Assembly: GCA_003562555.1 (NCBI GenBank)
Contig: PWUO01000073.1
Coordinates: forward strand, 1-35,401
Reading direction: 5' to 3'
Source: Dehalococcoidia bacterium
GTDB taxonomy: Bacteria > Chloroflexota > Dehalococcoidia > GIF9 > AB-539-J10
Length of the DNA: 35,401 bases
The notes beneath the pieces were generated by a model, which was not told where the DNA came from, did not search any database, and was given only the letters and a program-made list of their open reading frames with translations. This document shows positions 33,781-35,401 of the stretch, one piece after another (the stretch's first letter is position 1; each line of letters opens with the position of its first letter). Position numbers and translations under genes: made by a program.

Positions 33781-34812
33781 ATGGACATACTGGTAGACGT
33801 CGCCAGGCAGTTCTGGCACTACATCGTCGAAGTGTTCCCGTATCTGGCGCTGGGATTCCTGTTCAGCGGCCTCATACAGGTGTTTGTTCCATCAGACTGG
33901 ATTGCGCGCCACCTGGGTGGTCGAGGTGCCCGGCCGCTTCTCTACGCAACCATTGCCGGTGTCGCCTTGCCGATCTGCTGTGTCGGCTCTCTGCCCGTGG
34001 CCGTCAGTCTGCACCACAAAGGTGCGCGTCTGGGGCCTGTCCTCTCCTTTCTGGTGGCAACGCCTGCCACGTCAGTGCCGGCCTTGCTCGTGAGCTATGG
34101 ATTGCTCGGCCTCACGTTCACTGCCTACATCTTCATTGCCGTGATCGCCCTGGGGTTGGCCATGGGGATTATAGGCAATCGCCTTCGGATCAAACCCACT
34201 GGTAGCGCCGGTGAACCGGCGAGCATCACAGACCCGATCTGCGGCAGGCACGTGGACTTATCAGGGCCGGACCTCATCAGTGTGGAGCACGAGGGAGCCA
34301 TGTTCTACTTCTGTTGCGACCTCTGCAGGACCCAGTTCTCGAGGGCACGGGCCGACAACCCGGCTGCATGCACAAGCGGGCAATGCTCCTGTCAGCCACA
34401 ACCTCGCAATCGCCTGCTTCAGGCGCTTCGTCACGCGTTCGTCACGATGCCCCGTGATATAGGGCCCGAGATACTGGTGGGCCTCGCACTCGCGGCCGTA
34501 GTGGCTGCGGTGACTCCTATCGGACATTTCGTCAGTGAATACTTCGCAGGCGCCCTCTCCTACGTAGTCGCACTTCCTGTCGGCATACTGATGTACACCT
34601 GTTCTACAGCGAGCGTGCCGTTTATCCACGCGCTCCTGTCACAGGGGCTGAACCCGGGTGCGGGCATGCTGCTGCTGATCGTCGGACCGGTTACCAGCTG
34701 GAGCACTATTCTGGTACTGCGGAAACAGTTCGGTGTCCAGACTCTCGGCATCTACCTCGCGGTCATCAGCGTGTTGTCACTTGCTGCGGGACTGCTCTAC
34801 ACGTTACTCTAG
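33781..34812 (+). CDS. DUF318/ArsP-type permease with an internal YHS/TRASH-like Cys-rich metal-binding insert (resembles the SO_0444 Cu/Zn efflux family)
   Basis: N-half: FPYLALGFLFSGLIQVFVP...AGVALPICCVGSLPVAVSL. Central soluble insert: DPICGRHVDLSGPDLISVEHEGAMFYFCCDLCRTQF, which fits the YHS pattern DPVCGM...YYFCS..C...F. This is followed by CTSGQCSC. C-half: ...YTCSTASVPFIHALL.... Confidence 0.85.
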   Translation: MDILVDVARQFWHYIVEVFPYLALGFLFSGLIQVFVPSDWIARHLGGRGARPLLYATIAGVALPICCVGSLPVAVSLHHKGARLGPVLSFLVATPATSVPALLVSYGLLGLTFTAYIFIAVIALGLAMGIIGNRLRIKPTGSAGEPASITDPICGRHVDLSGPDLISVEHEGAMFYFCCDLCRTQFSRARADNPAACTSGQCSCQPQPRNRLLQALRHAFVTMPRDIGPEILVGLALAAVVAAVTPIGHFVSEYFAGALSYVVALPVGILMYTCSTASVPFIHALLSQGLNPGAGMLLLIVGPVTSWSTILVLRKQFGVQTLGIYLAVISVLSLAAGLLYTLL

Positions 34813-34866
34813 CTCCAGTCGGGTGATGTCGTGGCGCAGCATGTGTGCGCCCACTACCATTAGAGC

Positions 34867-35401
34867 ATGCGGAAGCGTAGACTGGTCGGCTTCTTCCTCA
34901 TCATGTTCGCCCTCTCCTGGGGCATTCCCGCTATCGCACTGTTGCTGTCCTGGACAACCGGAGCGTTCGATGTCTCTCTCGACCGCTACTCCCCTCTCTA
35001 CTACCTCTTCTTCTGGTCCCCGGCGCTCTCCGCGCTGATCGTGGTCACAGCGACACAGGGACGAGAGGGCCTCCGATCATTCCTGCGCGACGTGTTCAGC
35101 CTGCGATTCAAGTGGCGTTGGTGGACCGCCGTCATTGTCGGTGTTCCGCTGCTCAAACTCCTCGCATGGGTCTTGGCTGAGGATCCCAGTGCGCCCGGCT
35201 CATTCGACACCACGTTGACATGGGCTGGACTGATGGTTGGCGGAATGCTTGCGGCGACTGCAGCTCCGGTGGGAGAGATTGGCTGGCGTGGATTCGCATT
35301 GCCGCTGTTGCAGCGTCGGGGCAACGGTCTCTTCGCGGCCGTGATAATCGGGTCGCTCTGGTCGCTATGGTATGTGCCATGGCTGCTGCCTGGAACCGTG
35401 A
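34867..35401 (+). CDS. CPBP-family intramembrane glutamic endopeptidase (CAAX protease/Abi-like), 3' end beyond the window
   Basis: My own translation (no stop in the window) gives MRKRRLVGFFLIMFALSWGIPAIALLL...APVGEIGWRGFALPLLQRRG.... The E-E/I-xxxR motif context (GEIGWRGF) is typical of CPBP motif 1. Confidence 0.75.
   Translation, partial: MRKRRLVGFFLIMFALSWGIPAIALLLSWTTGAFDVSLDRYSPLYYLFFWSPALSALIVVTATQGREGLRSFLRDVFSLRFKWRWWTAVIVGVPLLKLLAWVLAEDPSAPGSFDTTLTWAGLMVGGMLAATAAPVGEIGWRGFALPLLQRRGNGLFAAVIIGSLWSLWYVPWLLPGTV

Noticed and set aside
1-35401. Searched by eye for CRISPR repeats, IS elements or transposases, integrases, toxin-antitoxin pairs, reverse transcriptases and other defence-system hallmarks.
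   Set aside because: None was found. The only repeats are the mgtE tandem duplication, the MinD-like pair and the lipoprotein triplet, all of them diverged paralogues.

Overview
GC-rich bacterial chromosomal window of 35.4 kb. About 35 protein-coding genes are supportable. I found no rRNA, tRNA, CRISPR array, transposase or integrase by eye.

Gene content suggests an anaerobe or microaerophile: rubrerythrin, Fe-S ATPases, a B12-radical-SAM enzyme, flavodoxin-like and cupin proteins. Shine-Dalgarno sites are strong (GGAGG) and several promoters are near sigma70 consensus.

Layout:
- (i) 1-4345: two DUF5320 small proteins, two MinD-like ATPases with 2x[4Fe-4S] inserts, a NifX/NifB-like protein and a B12-binding radical SAM.
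- (ii) 4712-9906: the most unusual locus. It holds a palindromic operator, an Fe-S-type Rrf2 regulator, an FtsX/MacB-type ABC permease plus ATPase, three tandem paralogous Cys4 (DUF2318-like) lipoproteins, a mini-lipoprotein and a terminator.
- (iii) 10-20 kb: housekeeping and stress genes. These are amidase, ornithine-cyclodeaminase family, rubrerythrin, EthD, PNPOx-like, MscS, cupin, flavodoxin-like and an extended SDR.
- (iv) 20.1-23.7 kb: a tandem duplication of mgtE. Each copy has its own conserved promoter and a roughly 300 nt leader ending in an intrinsic terminator (riboswitch-like).
- (v) 23.8-30.5 kb: SDR, AbgB-like M20 peptidase, TspO-like protein, ilvD and an orphan betaine-binding lipoprotein.
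- (vi) 30.8-33.8 kb: a decaying patch. It has a subtilase with an in-frame TGA and a 5'-truncated class-III aminotransferase remnant.
- (vii) 33.8-35.4 kb: a DUF318/ArsP-type permease with an internal YHS-like Cys domain, and a CPBP protease cut by the window edge.

All family assignments come from motif recognition by eye. No HMM, BLAST or covariance search was run.
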